In this document: positions 1 through 7,633 of the stretch, piece after piece | How positions within the stretch are numbered: position 1 is the stretch's first letter | Layout: each line of letters opens with the position of its first letter | Source: Dehalococcoidia bacterium | GTDB taxonomy: Bacteria; Chloroflexota; Dehalococcoidia; Bin125 | Length of the DNA stretch: 64,000 bases | Direction: 5' to 3' | Assembly: GCA_965208665.1 (NCBI GenBank) | Contig: CBDBPH010000001.1 | Span: 714,717-778,716, forward strand | Notes under the pieces: generated by a model | The model's input: the letters and a program-made list of their open reading frames with translations, nothing else | Told to the model about the DNA's origin: nothing | The model's database searches: none | Made by a program: the position numbers and the translations under genes

Positions 1-117
1 CCCGACTCCGGCGTCTCGCCGGAACTCCTCAAGCTGTTCCAGGACAGCGTCCGCGAGCGCCACGCCCTCACCCGCCACACCTGGGTCCAGGTCATGAACG
101 CCCACTGGCCGGAGTAG
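1..117 (+). CDS. 3' end of an unidentified gene. Frame 1 translates as ...PDSGVSPELLKLFQDSVRERHALTRHTWVQVMNAHWPE and stops at TAG 115-117.
   Basis: Frame 1 is open from the window edge to a stop at 115-117. There is no recognisable family in the 38 residues. Confidence 0.3.
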   Translation, partial: PDSGVSPELLKLFQDSVRERHALTRHTWVQVMNAHWPE

Positions 118-125
118 GGATCAGG

Positions 126-941
126 TCAGTCTGGCCCGGCGTTCCACTGGTAAGCACGTCGCGCGTTCTCGACGAAGAAATCCTCCACCACCGTCTCTCG
201 AAGCCGTAGCGCTTCGATCTCGTCACGCGCCCTCGGCCACGGGATCGTTGGATACTCCGTGCCGAACATCATCTTCCTCCGACCCCGTGTGTTGATGAAC
301 TGGATAAAGCTCGGCGCCCAATACTTGGGCGCGACCGACGTGCAGGACATGTACACATGGTCCCAGTGCGCGATCGTCGAAATCGCTTCCTCGATCCACG
401 GCTGACCGCAGTGCGTCATGATCAACCGCAACTCCGGGAAGTGATAGGCGACCTCGTCGTAGTAGAGCGGATTCTGCACCCACCCCGGACGCCGCGGACC
501 GGGCATGCCGGCATTCATCGAGACCGCAATGTCCAGCTCCAATGCCTTGACATAGAAGGGCCAGTAGACGCGATCGGTCGGCGGCAGCTCGTAGCGGAAT
601 GGCGGGATCCGCAGGCAGCGGACGCCATAGCGCTCGTAATAGTCGACCACCTTGCGGACTTCGTCGTAGCCATTGAGCGGATTGACAATCATCGCCGGCA
701 GGATCTTGTCGGGAAACTGCCGGTGCGCGTCGCCGACCCACTCGGCGTGCTCGGGCTGCATGATCGAGACCACGCCCGCGCCGATGTCGGACTGATCCAG
801 CACTTCGAGGAGTTGTTCCGGCGTTTCGATTGAACCTCGGACCTCGATGTCCTTGAACAGGTAGCTCAGGGCGCTGTCACCGGAGGGATCGAGGAAGTTC
901 GAGTTGATCAGCGAGTCAATGGCCCGGATCCGGTCGCCCAT
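126..941 (-). CDS. Amidohydrolase-2 family metal-dependent hydrolase (ACMSD-like decarboxylase/hydrolase fold)
   Basis: 271-aa ORF. The C-terminal MFGTEYP and HCGQPW segments and the overall pattern are typical of amidohydrolase_2 (TIM-barrel metal hydrolases). Confidence 0.7.
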   Translation of the reverse strand: MGDRIRAIDSLINSNFLDPSGDSALSYLFKDIEVRGSIETPEQLLEVLDQSDIGAGVVSIMQPEHAEWVGDAHRQFPDKILPAMIVNPLNGYDEVRKVVDYYERYGVRCLRIPPFRYELPPTDRVYWPFYVKALELDIAVSMNAGMPGPRRPGWVQNPLYYDEVAYHFPELRLIMTHCGQPWIEEAISTIAHWDHVYMSCTSVAPKYWAPSFIQFINTRGRRKMMFGTEYPTIPWPRARDEIEALRLRETVVEDFFVENARRAYQWNAGPD

Positions 942-953
942 GGTAAGTGGAGT

Positions 954-1943
954 CTAGATCTGACCGCGCGGCTTCATTCCGGCGGCTCGGTAGACGTTAT
1001 CGATCACGCGCATGCTGACAACGCCGTCCTCAGCATCGGTCGGCATTGGCCTGGCGCCTTCAATGGCATCGATGAACGCCTGGAGCTGAAACTCGAACGT
1101 GGGTCGCTTGGTCAGCGTCTCGCGTCGTGTTCCCCACGACGTCACCAGCTCGATGACATGAGGTTCGCGCTGCGGCACGAGCGGATTGACAACTTTCAGC
1201 CGGCCGCGGTCGCCGTACACGTTGACAACGGATGACCAACCAGCGGCTGGGTTCATCCTTGACCAGATGCGGGCGGGAACGCCGCGGGGAAAGAGCAGCT
1301 CGGCTTCCATCTCGATGTCGATGTGCTCATGCACGGTGCCGGCCGTGGCCGAGACGATCTCAGGCTCCGCGCCGAACGTGTGACGGAGGAAGTGCAGCGG
1401 ATAACAGCCGAGATCCATCGTCGATCCGCCGCCCAGTTCGATCCGATATCGGATCTCGTTTGGCGTTTCTTCGACGATGTTCTGGAAGTGAGCGTCCGCG
1501 AAACGTATGTCGCCGAGGATGCCGCTCTGCACGATCTCTCTCATCCGTCCCGACACCGGATGGTAGTAGTAATGAAACGCCTCGGCACAGGCGAGGCCGT
1601 TCTCACGGGCACAGTCCGCCATTTCCCGCGCTTCGGCCTCGTTCATCGCGAAGGGCTTTTCGCAGAGGACGTGCTTGCCGGCGTTCAGGGCTTTGATCGT
1701 CCACTCATGGTGTCCACTGATCGCCAGCGGGTTGTAGACCGCGTCGACATTGGGGTCGGTGACGACCTGGTCGTAGGAGTCGTGGACGGTGGCGATGCCC
1801 GCTCGGGCGGCGAAGACCTCGGCGCGCTCGCGGTCGCGAGCGGCCATGCTGACGATTTCGACGTTGTCGAAGACCTGTACGGGCTTGACGATTCCGCGCG
1901 GAGCGATGTAGGCCGCCCCGAGCAGGCCGATGCGGAGCGTCAC
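954..1943 (-). CDS. Gfo/Idh/MocA family NAD(P)-dependent oxidoreductase
   Basis: 329 aa. N-terminal Rossmann GLLGAAYIA motif, conserved EKP (CEKPFAMN) motif and a C-terminal alpha/beta domain typical of Gfo/Idh/MocA. Confidence 0.8.
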   Translation of the reverse strand: MTLRIGLLGAAYIAPRGIVKPVQVFDNVEIVSMAARDRERAEVFAARAGIATVHDSYDQVVTDPNVDAVYNPLAISGHHEWTIKALNAGKHVLCEKPFAMNEAEAREMADCARENGLACAEAFHYYYHPVSGRMREIVQSGILGDIRFADAHFQNIVEETPNEIRYRIELGGGSTMDLGCYPLHFLRHTFGAEPEIVSATAGTVHEHIDIEMEAELLFPRGVPARIWSRMNPAAGWSSVVNVYGDRGRLKVVNPLVPQREPHVIELVTSWGTRRETLTKRPTFEFQLQAFIDAIEGARPMPTDAEDGVVSMRVIDNVYRAAGMKPRGQI

Positions 1944-1954
1944 CTGATCAACAA

Positions 1955-2968
1955 CTAAGCGTTGAACTGCGGGACCAGGTAGTCGTGATCCTTGTGATAG
2001 ACCTGCACCCGGCCGCGGCCGCCGTCGCTGATCGCGATTCGGTCCTGGCCGTCAATCGCGATCCCTCGCGGACGATCGAAGATGCCGAACTTGATCAACT
2101 CAACCGGATTGACGCGGCGGAAGGCCTGCGCGTACTCCATGTTGACTTCCATGACCTTCTGTGCCGCACTGGAGAACTCGTGAGCGTCGCCCTGCAGGCT
2201 GCAAATGATGTCGCCGTCGGGGTAGTAGATCTGGACTCGGCGATTGCCCCAATCGCAGACGTACACGTCGCCGACGCTGTCGACCGCGACGTCGGCGGGT
2301 CGCTTGAGGCTGCCGCCGTCATCCATGTCCTCGTACTGCGATCCGAAGCGGACCAGGAACTCGCCGTCGGGCGCGAACTTCTGCACCCGGTCGTTGCCCC
2401 AATCGGCGATGAACAGCGCGCCCTCGTTGTCGATCGCCATGCCCCAGGGATGATTCAGCTGACCCTCGGCCGAGCCCTGCGTGCCCCAGGCGCCGAGGAA
2501 CTCGCCGTCCCTGGTGAACTTCTGCACGCGGTGATTGAGGCTGTCGACGACGTACAGGTTGTCGTCGGCGTCGAATTCGATCCCGGACGGACGGTTGAAC
2601 TGTCCGTCGCCGTCGCCGAACTCTCCCCACTCGCCGATTGGCGAGCCTTCGGCGTCGTAACCGAAGATGCGGTGGTGGAACGCGTCGGCGCACCAAACTG
2701 AGCCGTCGCGAGCGAGCGCGAGGCCTTCGGGCCACCTAATGTCACCCGCGCCCATCTCTCCGAGGAACTCATCCTCGATCCGGTGCTTGTAAATCTTCGA
2801 ACCGAGTCCGCCCCCGCCGTACTCCGCCAGACCGATGTCGGCGACGTACATGGTGCCGGCAGGTGTCATGGCAATCGGAGTCGGATACGTATAGCCCTGC
2901 GGGCCGACGAAGTGCCCGATCGAGTGGTCAAAATGCCAGGTGCGTCCGGCGACGGTCGTGGTCAGCAT
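1955..2968 (-). CDS. NHL-repeat beta-propeller protein
   Basis: 337 aa with six repeated units of the form ...NxPxGIAxDxxGNLYVxDxxNxRVQKF... (NHL repeats). No signal peptide is evident. Confidence 0.75.
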   Translation of the reverse strand: MLTTTVAGRTWHFDHSIGHFVGPQGYTYPTPIAMTPAGTMYVADIGLAEYGGGGLGSKIYKHRIEDEFLGEMGAGDIRWPEGLALARDGSVWCADAFHHRIFGYDAEGSPIGEWGEFGDGDGQFNRPSGIEFDADDNLYVVDSLNHRVQKFTRDGEFLGAWGTQGSAEGQLNHPWGMAIDNEGALFIADWGNDRVQKFAPDGEFLVRFGSQYEDMDDGGSLKRPADVAVDSVGDVYVCDWGNRRVQIYYPDGDIICSLQGDAHEFSSAAQKVMEVNMEYAQAFRRVNPVELIKFGIFDRPRGIAIDGQDRIAISDGGRGRVQVYHKDHDYLVPQFNA

Positions 2969-3000
2969 GACGGTTCCTCTTTGCCGTTCTTGTGGCTGGC

Positions 3001-3095
3001 CCTCACCCGTCTCCTCTCCCCTTGGGAGAGGAGATCTCAGCCTTCCGGCGTTCCCGCTCCCCGACGGAGAGGGCTAGGGTAAGGGCCCTCCCGGT
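3001..3095. repeat. GC-rich hairpin repeat, copy A (REP/MITE-like). It contains the inverted repeat TCTCCTCTC...GAGAGGAGA and the palindrome AGGGCCCT.
   Basis: Intergenic between the NHL and DUF1501 genes. It shares the core CCCGCTCC(G/C)CG(A/G)CGGAGA with copies at 8860-8975 and 20000-20060. The spurious antisense ORF 2992..3852 starts in it (MAGPHPSPLPLGEE). Confidence 0.5.
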
Positions 3096-3096
3096 C

Positions 3097-4254
3097 CTAC
3101 GCAGTCGCCATCAGCGGCTCGACGAAGCGCAGCTTCTCGAACTCACCGTCGACGATCGGTTTCGCGTCCAGACCCATCCAGTCCTCCAGCAGCGTCGAGT
3201 AGACACCTCGGAAATCGTGGTTGGGAACCAGGTCGCCCTGCTCGAGGTCCTTCGGGTTGATGCTCGGGAACTCCCCGTGCATGCCGCCCACCGCGTTCGG
3301 ACCGATGACGAAGCAGCCACCGCCCGCGCCGTGGTCGGAGCCCGATCCGTTGTCGCGCACTCGGCGGCCGAACTCGGTGAACAGGAACATGATCACGTTG
3401 TCGTCCCGGTCGTGCGCCTTGACATCGTCCCAGAAGTCCGAGATCGCCCGCGAGAGGTCGGTCCACAGCTTCTCGAAGACCGGCTTCTGGTTCGCGTGCG
3501 TGTCGAAGCCGATCAGCTGTGTGTAGAACACGCGCGTGCCGAGGTCAGCGCAGTGGATCGTAGCCATGTCCTTGAGGCTGCGCGAAATCTGCTCGGTGCC
3601 CCACTCGACCGTCGTTTCGTAGCGGCCCAAACCCTCCTTGAGGATGTCGGCCCCCTTGAGTGCGTCAAGCCCGGTCCGGCCCAGGTACTCCTGCACGTAG
3701 CCGGTGCCGATCGCGCGGCCGTACATGTTGACGAAGCGCTCGAGCATCTTCTCGCGCTGCCGCTGCTGCTCGATGCCGGTCAGCAGACCGTACGTCGACA
3801 GGTCGGCGACCGAAGCCACCGTCACGCCGGGGACGACCAGCGCGCGGGGTAGCCCCTGGCCAATGTGGACGCCGGTGACGGGGTTCTCGCCAGTTGGGTC
3901 GAGGTCGCGGATCGCGCGGCCCACCCAGCCCTCGGTGCCAACCTTGTTGGGCTCGCACGTGTGCCAGATGTCCATCGATCGGAAGTGCGAACGCGGCGAG
4001 TTGGGATAGCCCACGCCGTGAATCAGGGCCATCTCGCCCTGGTCGTACAGTTCCTTCAGCGGCGCCATCGTCGGGTGCAGGCCGAAATGGTCGTCGATCT
4101 TCAAAACCTGGTCCTCGCCGATGCACAGGTCGCCGTTGCGGGCGTCGTTGTAGTACCCGTCGGCGTAGGGCACCACGCTGTTCATGTAGTCGTTGCCGCC
4201 GGTCAACTGGATGATGACGACAACCGGGTCTTTGCTCTTGGTCGCGGTGGTCAT
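3097..4254 (-). CDS. DUF1501 family protein (sulfatase/alkaline-phosphatase-like fold), lacking the usual Tat signal
   Basis: 385 aa. N-terminal VVIIQLTGGNDYMNSVVP, the GFDTHANQ segment and a Gly-rich C-terminal GSDHGAGG match DUF1501. It begins MTTATKSKDP with no RRxFLK. Confidence 0.8.
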   Translation of the reverse strand: MTTATKSKDPVVVIIQLTGGNDYMNSVVPYADGYYNDARNGDLCIGEDQVLKIDDHFGLHPTMAPLKELYDQGEMALIHGVGYPNSPRSHFRSMDIWHTCEPNKVGTEGWVGRAIRDLDPTGENPVTGVHIGQGLPRALVVPGVTVASVADLSTYGLLTGIEQQRQREKMLERFVNMYGRAIGTGYVQEYLGRTGLDALKGADILKEGLGRYETTVEWGTEQISRSLKDMATIHCADLGTRVFYTQLIGFDTHANQKPVFEKLWTDLSRAISDFWDDVKAHDRDDNVIMFLFTEFGRRVRDNGSGSDHGAGGGCFVIGPNAVGGMHGEFPSINPKDLEQGDLVPNHDFRGVYSTLLEDWMGLDAKPIVDGEFEKLRFVEPLMATA

Positions 4255-4300
4255 GGCTGGGGTCTCTCTGTACTGCTCCGGTGTGTTGGCAGGTCGTTTC

Positions 4301-5710
4301 CTAGCCGAACTGATACTCCGTCGTGGCCGCGATCAGCGCCAGCATCTCGCCCACCCGCTCGGAGGAGCCGTCGTAGTCGTCGCTCCACGAGAGGTCGCCG
4401 CCCTCTGACGCATGCTCGATCAGCTCCAGCCGCGTGGCCTCGCCCACGTCGAGCGGACCGAACAGGTCGAGACACTGGTCGACCATCTCGTCCGGCCTCA
4501 TGTTGGTGCCGTTGGATGCGGCGACGCGCTGGCAAATCTTCTGCACGCCCGGCAGCTCGGTGTTGCTCACCCGGTCGGCGACGAAGTTGATCCGTCCAAC
4601 GACCGCGCCGGAGTTGATCCAGTTGGGGCCCGTTGACCAGCCCTCGACCGAGGGCGGATTGTGCAGGCTCTGGCCCATGTGCGCCGATTCCTGACCAAGC
4701 TCGATCAGGGCAGGCTGCGGACCGAACATGTCCTCAGTCAGGCGCAGCGTCGAGACGACGGTCTCGACCGGACTCTTGACCTTCTGGAACGTCGCCTCCT
4801 TGAAGAAGTCGGAGTTGAACAGCGCCCGCAGCACCGGCTTGATCTCGAAGTTCGAGTCCTTGAACACGCCGGCCAGGTAGTCGATCGCTTCGGGGTCCTT
4901 GGGCGGCTCGATGTCCCAGGCCGGGACCTGCGGCTCGTCCGCGACGAAGAACGTGTAGAGGTGGCGCGCGATGAAGCGCGGGCAGGCTTCTTCCTCAAGG
5001 ATGATGTCGATGATGTCGAGCCCGTCGAAGTTGCCCGTGCGGCCGAGGAACTCCTTCTGGCCGTAGTCATGCTCCTCGGGGCGGAACTCGAACTGGAAGA
5101 AGAAGCGGTGGTTGGGCACCCGCGGGATCTTCGGGCCCAGCGTCCAGCCGGTGAACGCGCGGGCGCACTCGAAGACGTCCTTCTCGGTGTAGTTGCCGAC
5201 GCCCATCGAGAACAGCTCCAGCAACTCGCGACCCCAATTCTCGTTCGGCGAGCGCTTGTGGTTCTCGTGGTTGTCGAGCCAGTAAATCATCGCCGGGCTC
5301 TGGGCCAGCATGATCAGCAGGTCGCGATAGTTGCCCGTTCCGTGATCGCGGAACATGTCGACCATCGCGGTCAGATGATTGTCGTTGTCGACCTTCGAGT
5401 TGCCGACAGCGAAGATGCCGTGCCAGAACAGCGCCATCTTCTCTTCCAGCGGGCGCTGCGTGTTGACCAGGTGGTACAGCCAGTTGGCCGCTCCGGGAAC
5501 GGTCACCGGACCGCCGGTCTCCAGCGACGGCATGTAGCGGAACAGCAGGTGCAGATCCGCGCGCGGTATGTCCGCCGGCGGGTCGACCAATTGTTCAACC
5601 GTTTCCTCATAGCCCTGCTCGACGAGCCGCTCGAGTTCGTCTCGCGACGCGCCAAACCCTGCCCGGCGCATCAGGTGCGCCATCTGGGCGATCTCTTGCG
5701 TTTCCGACAT
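4301..5710 (-). CDS. DUF1800 family protein, lacking a signal peptide
   Basis: 469 aa. The N-terminal HLMRRAGFGASRDELE hallmark of DUF1800 is present. The gene sits immediately upstream of and co-oriented with DUF1501, a conserved pair. Confidence 0.8.
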   Translation of the reverse strand: MSETQEIAQMAHLMRRAGFGASRDELERLVEQGYEETVEQLVDPPADIPRADLHLLFRYMPSLETGGPVTVPGAANWLYHLVNTQRPLEEKMALFWHGIFAVGNSKVDNDNHLTAMVDMFRDHGTGNYRDLLIMLAQSPAMIYWLDNHENHKRSPNENWGRELLELFSMGVGNYTEKDVFECARAFTGWTLGPKIPRVPNHRFFFQFEFRPEEHDYGQKEFLGRTGNFDGLDIIDIILEEEACPRFIARHLYTFFVADEPQVPAWDIEPPKDPEAIDYLAGVFKDSNFEIKPVLRALFNSDFFKEATFQKVKSPVETVVSTLRLTEDMFGPQPALIELGQESAHMGQSLHNPPSVEGWSTGPNWINSGAVVGRINFVADRVSNTELPGVQKICQRVAASNGTNMRPDEMVDQCLDLFGPLDVGEATRLELIEHASEGGDLSWSDDYDGSSERVGEMLALIAATTEYQFG

Positions 5711-5906
5711 GTGTTGCCTCAGATTCCCTACCAGAACGAAGCCCCACTCACCGCGTGGCGCTCCGTATCACAAGCTACACAATTTGCGAAGCAGACGCAG
5801 TGTTTGTCAGGCTGTCGCAGCAGGAAATGCGCTGGGTTCTGGAGGAAAGGCAGCTACGACGAACTTTGTGGGGGCGAACCTTGTGGTCGCCCTCGCCGCG
5901 CAGTTC

Positions 5907-6761
5907 CTACCGACCAGCCAACTCCCGACCCCGATTGAGCGCTTCCGACACCCGCGCCGCTCCCGGCATCAGGAACGAGAAGCCCTCGTTGATCCGTTGT
6001 TCAACGTTGGACATATCGACCTGCGGCGAGCCATACGGCACGCCTCGCTCCTGGCAAACGGCGCGGGCTCGCTGGACGGCTTCGTCGACGATCGGTCCGG
6101 GCGCGCCCTTTTGGCCGAGCGAGACGGAGAGATCGCTCTCGCTGATCAGGATCAGGCCCGGGCTCGGCACAGCATCGAGAATCGCCGGCAGGTTGTTGAC
6201 GCCCTCGATCGTCTCGCACTGGAGGATGGGCAGGATTTCTCCGTTCGGATCGAGCGGCCAGACATCGGCTCGGTCGAAGTAGTCCGGTTGGTCGAGTCCC
6301 CAGTAACGCAGCGCATTGCCGGGCGCATGGCCGCGCCGCCCAACCGGCTCCTGGTCAGGTGCGCCGTCTGCCTGGATGTAGCGCGCTGCCTGCAGCGCCG
6401 CGACGGCGTCGTCGGGCGTGTTGATCATCGGGAACACGATCCCGTACACGCCGATGTCGAGCACCTGCTTGACGATCCACTGGCTCTGTTCGCGTCCGTT
6501 GACCGGGATGCGAACCATCGGCGTCACAGCGGGAGCCAGCGAACCGGACTCGAGGATCTGACGCCGATTGAGCATGTACTGCAGCGAGAGGCTGAGGTCG
6601 CTGAGGTTGAACGCGTTGTGCTCGAGCTCATACACGACGAAGTCGTAGCTGGACGAGCCAATCCACGTTGCGTCGGGAATCGACCCAGCGGGCAGGAACG
6701 GTCCGAAGGCGGGTTTGCCCGACTCGATCAGCTCAATCACCTTGTTCAGTCGCTCGGCCAT
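5907..6761 (-). CDS. HpcH/HpaI family class-II (2-keto-3-deoxy/4-hydroxy-2-oxo acid) aldolase
   Basis: 284 aa. WIGSSSYDFVVYELEHNAF and ILQCETIEGVNNLPAILD...ISESDLS align with the HpaI/GarL/YfaU aldolase pattern (GxWLxLSSxY...DxEH; QIET...NLPxIL). Confidence 0.8.
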   Translation of the reverse strand: MAERLNKVIELIESGKPAFGPFLPAGSIPDATWIGSSSYDFVVYELEHNAFNLSDLSLSLQYMLNRRQILESGSLAPAVTPMVRIPVNGREQSQWIVKQVLDIGVYGIVFPMINTPDDAVAALQAARYIQADGAPDQEPVGRRGHAPGNALRYWGLDQPDYFDRADVWPLDPNGEILPILQCETIEGVNNLPAILDAVPSPGLILISESDLSVSLGQKGAPGPIVDEAVQRARAVCQERGVPYGSPQVDMSNVEQRINEGFSFLMPGAARVSEALNRGRELAGR

Positions 6762-6859
6762 GTGGTCACCTCAATTCATGTGCGAGTCGATTAGCGCGAA
6801 GGTACCAGCGAGGCTTCATCTGGTGATCTAGCCTTCAGGCCAGGTACTGGAGAAGAAAC

Positions 6860-7633
6860 ATGCCCGCAGAGCACAGCGAACTCATCGTCCAGGACGGTCC
6901 CGTCACCCGGCTGACCATCAACCGTCCCGAACGACACAACGCCATCAACACCGAAGTCGGAGACGCCATGGTCGACATCGTCAACCGCGTCGGCCGCGAC
7001 CCGTCAGTCCAGGTCCTGGTCCTCGCCGGCGAAGGCCGTTCCTTCTGCTCCGGCGACGACGTCAGCGAGGGCGGCGACGGCAGCATTCCTGACTACCCAT
7101 GGAAGAACCCGTATCACGCCCCCCATATCGCCGCGTTCAATCTCGAGCGCCATCCGTACTTCCGCCTGCAATCCCTGCTCCGGCGGATTCCCCAGATGGT
7201 GATCGCCCAGGTGCAGGGCTACTGCATGGGTTCAGGCTTCGACCTGATGCTCGCCTCCGACTACGCCATCGCCGATCCCGACGCGAGGCTCCGCTTCGTC
7301 ATACCCGCGACCGCGTTCTTGCCCAAGTACGTCGGACTCAAACAGGCGACGCGGCTGATCCTCGACGACCAGTTCATCTCCGGCACGGAAGCCGCTGAAC
7401 TCGGTCTGGTCACGAAAGTGGCCGAGCCGGGCAAGCTGCGCGAGGAAGTCGAGGAGCTGGCCAACCGCCTCGCCACAATGGGCAGCGAGCGCCACGGATA
7501 CCTCGGCGTGGTCAAGGAATCGATCAACCGCTCGCTCTGGCCGCATCTCGACGACGATCTGCGCATGCAGCTCATCACGCACCGCATGAGCGACCTGTAT
7601 CGCCAACACCCCTACGATCCGAATCTGGACTGA
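6860..7633 (+). CDS. Enoyl-CoA hydratase/isomerase (crotonase-fold) family protein
   Basis: 257 aa. RPERHNAIN, FCSGDD and GYCMGSGFDL are crotonase-fold motifs. Its stop overlaps the start of the next gene (TGATG at 7631-7635). Confidence 0.8.
   Translation: MPAEHSELIVQDGPVTRLTINRPERHNAINTEVGDAMVDIVNRVGRDPSVQVLVLAGEGRSFCSGDDVSEGGDGSIPDYPWKNPYHAPHIAAFNLERHPYFRLQSLLRRIPQMVIAQVQGYCMGSGFDLMLASDYAIADPDARLRFVIPATAFLPKYVGLKQATRLILDDQFISGTEAAELGLVTKVAEPGKLREEVEELANRLATMGSERHGYLGVVKESINRSLWPHLDDDLRMQLITHRMSDLYRQHPYDPNLD

Noticed and set aside
2992-3852. 286-aa + strand ORF beginning MAGPHPSPLPLGEE, antisense to the DUF1501 gene
   Set aside because: It starts inside the GC-rich hairpin repeat, is Arg/Ala/Val-rich as expected for the antisense of a high-GC gene, and has no family signal. 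The opposite strand encodes a clear DUF1501 protein.
5868-5895. Hairpin GGGGCGAACC ttgt GGTCGCCC downstream of the aldolase gene as a rho-independent terminator
   Set aside because: The stem is imperfect and there is no U-tract on the relevant (minus) strand, so it is too weak to list as a feature.
5907-6761. Interpretation of the HpcH-family gene as a CoA-ester lyase (malyl/citramalyl-CoA lyase) completing a 3-hydroxypropionate or itaconate-type pathway with the adjacent CoA-transferases
   Set aside because: The sequence aligns better with HpaI/GarL-type 2-keto-3-deoxy-acid aldolases (GxWLxLSSxY...DxEH; QIET..NLPxIL) than with CitE/Mcl-type lyases. Linkage to the CoA pathway is therefore kept only as a weak possibility.
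5709-6794. 361-aa + strand ORF antisense to the HpcH/HpaI aldolase
   Set aside because: It is a mirror-frame artefact of a high-GC gene. The aldolase on the minus strand has clear family motifs.
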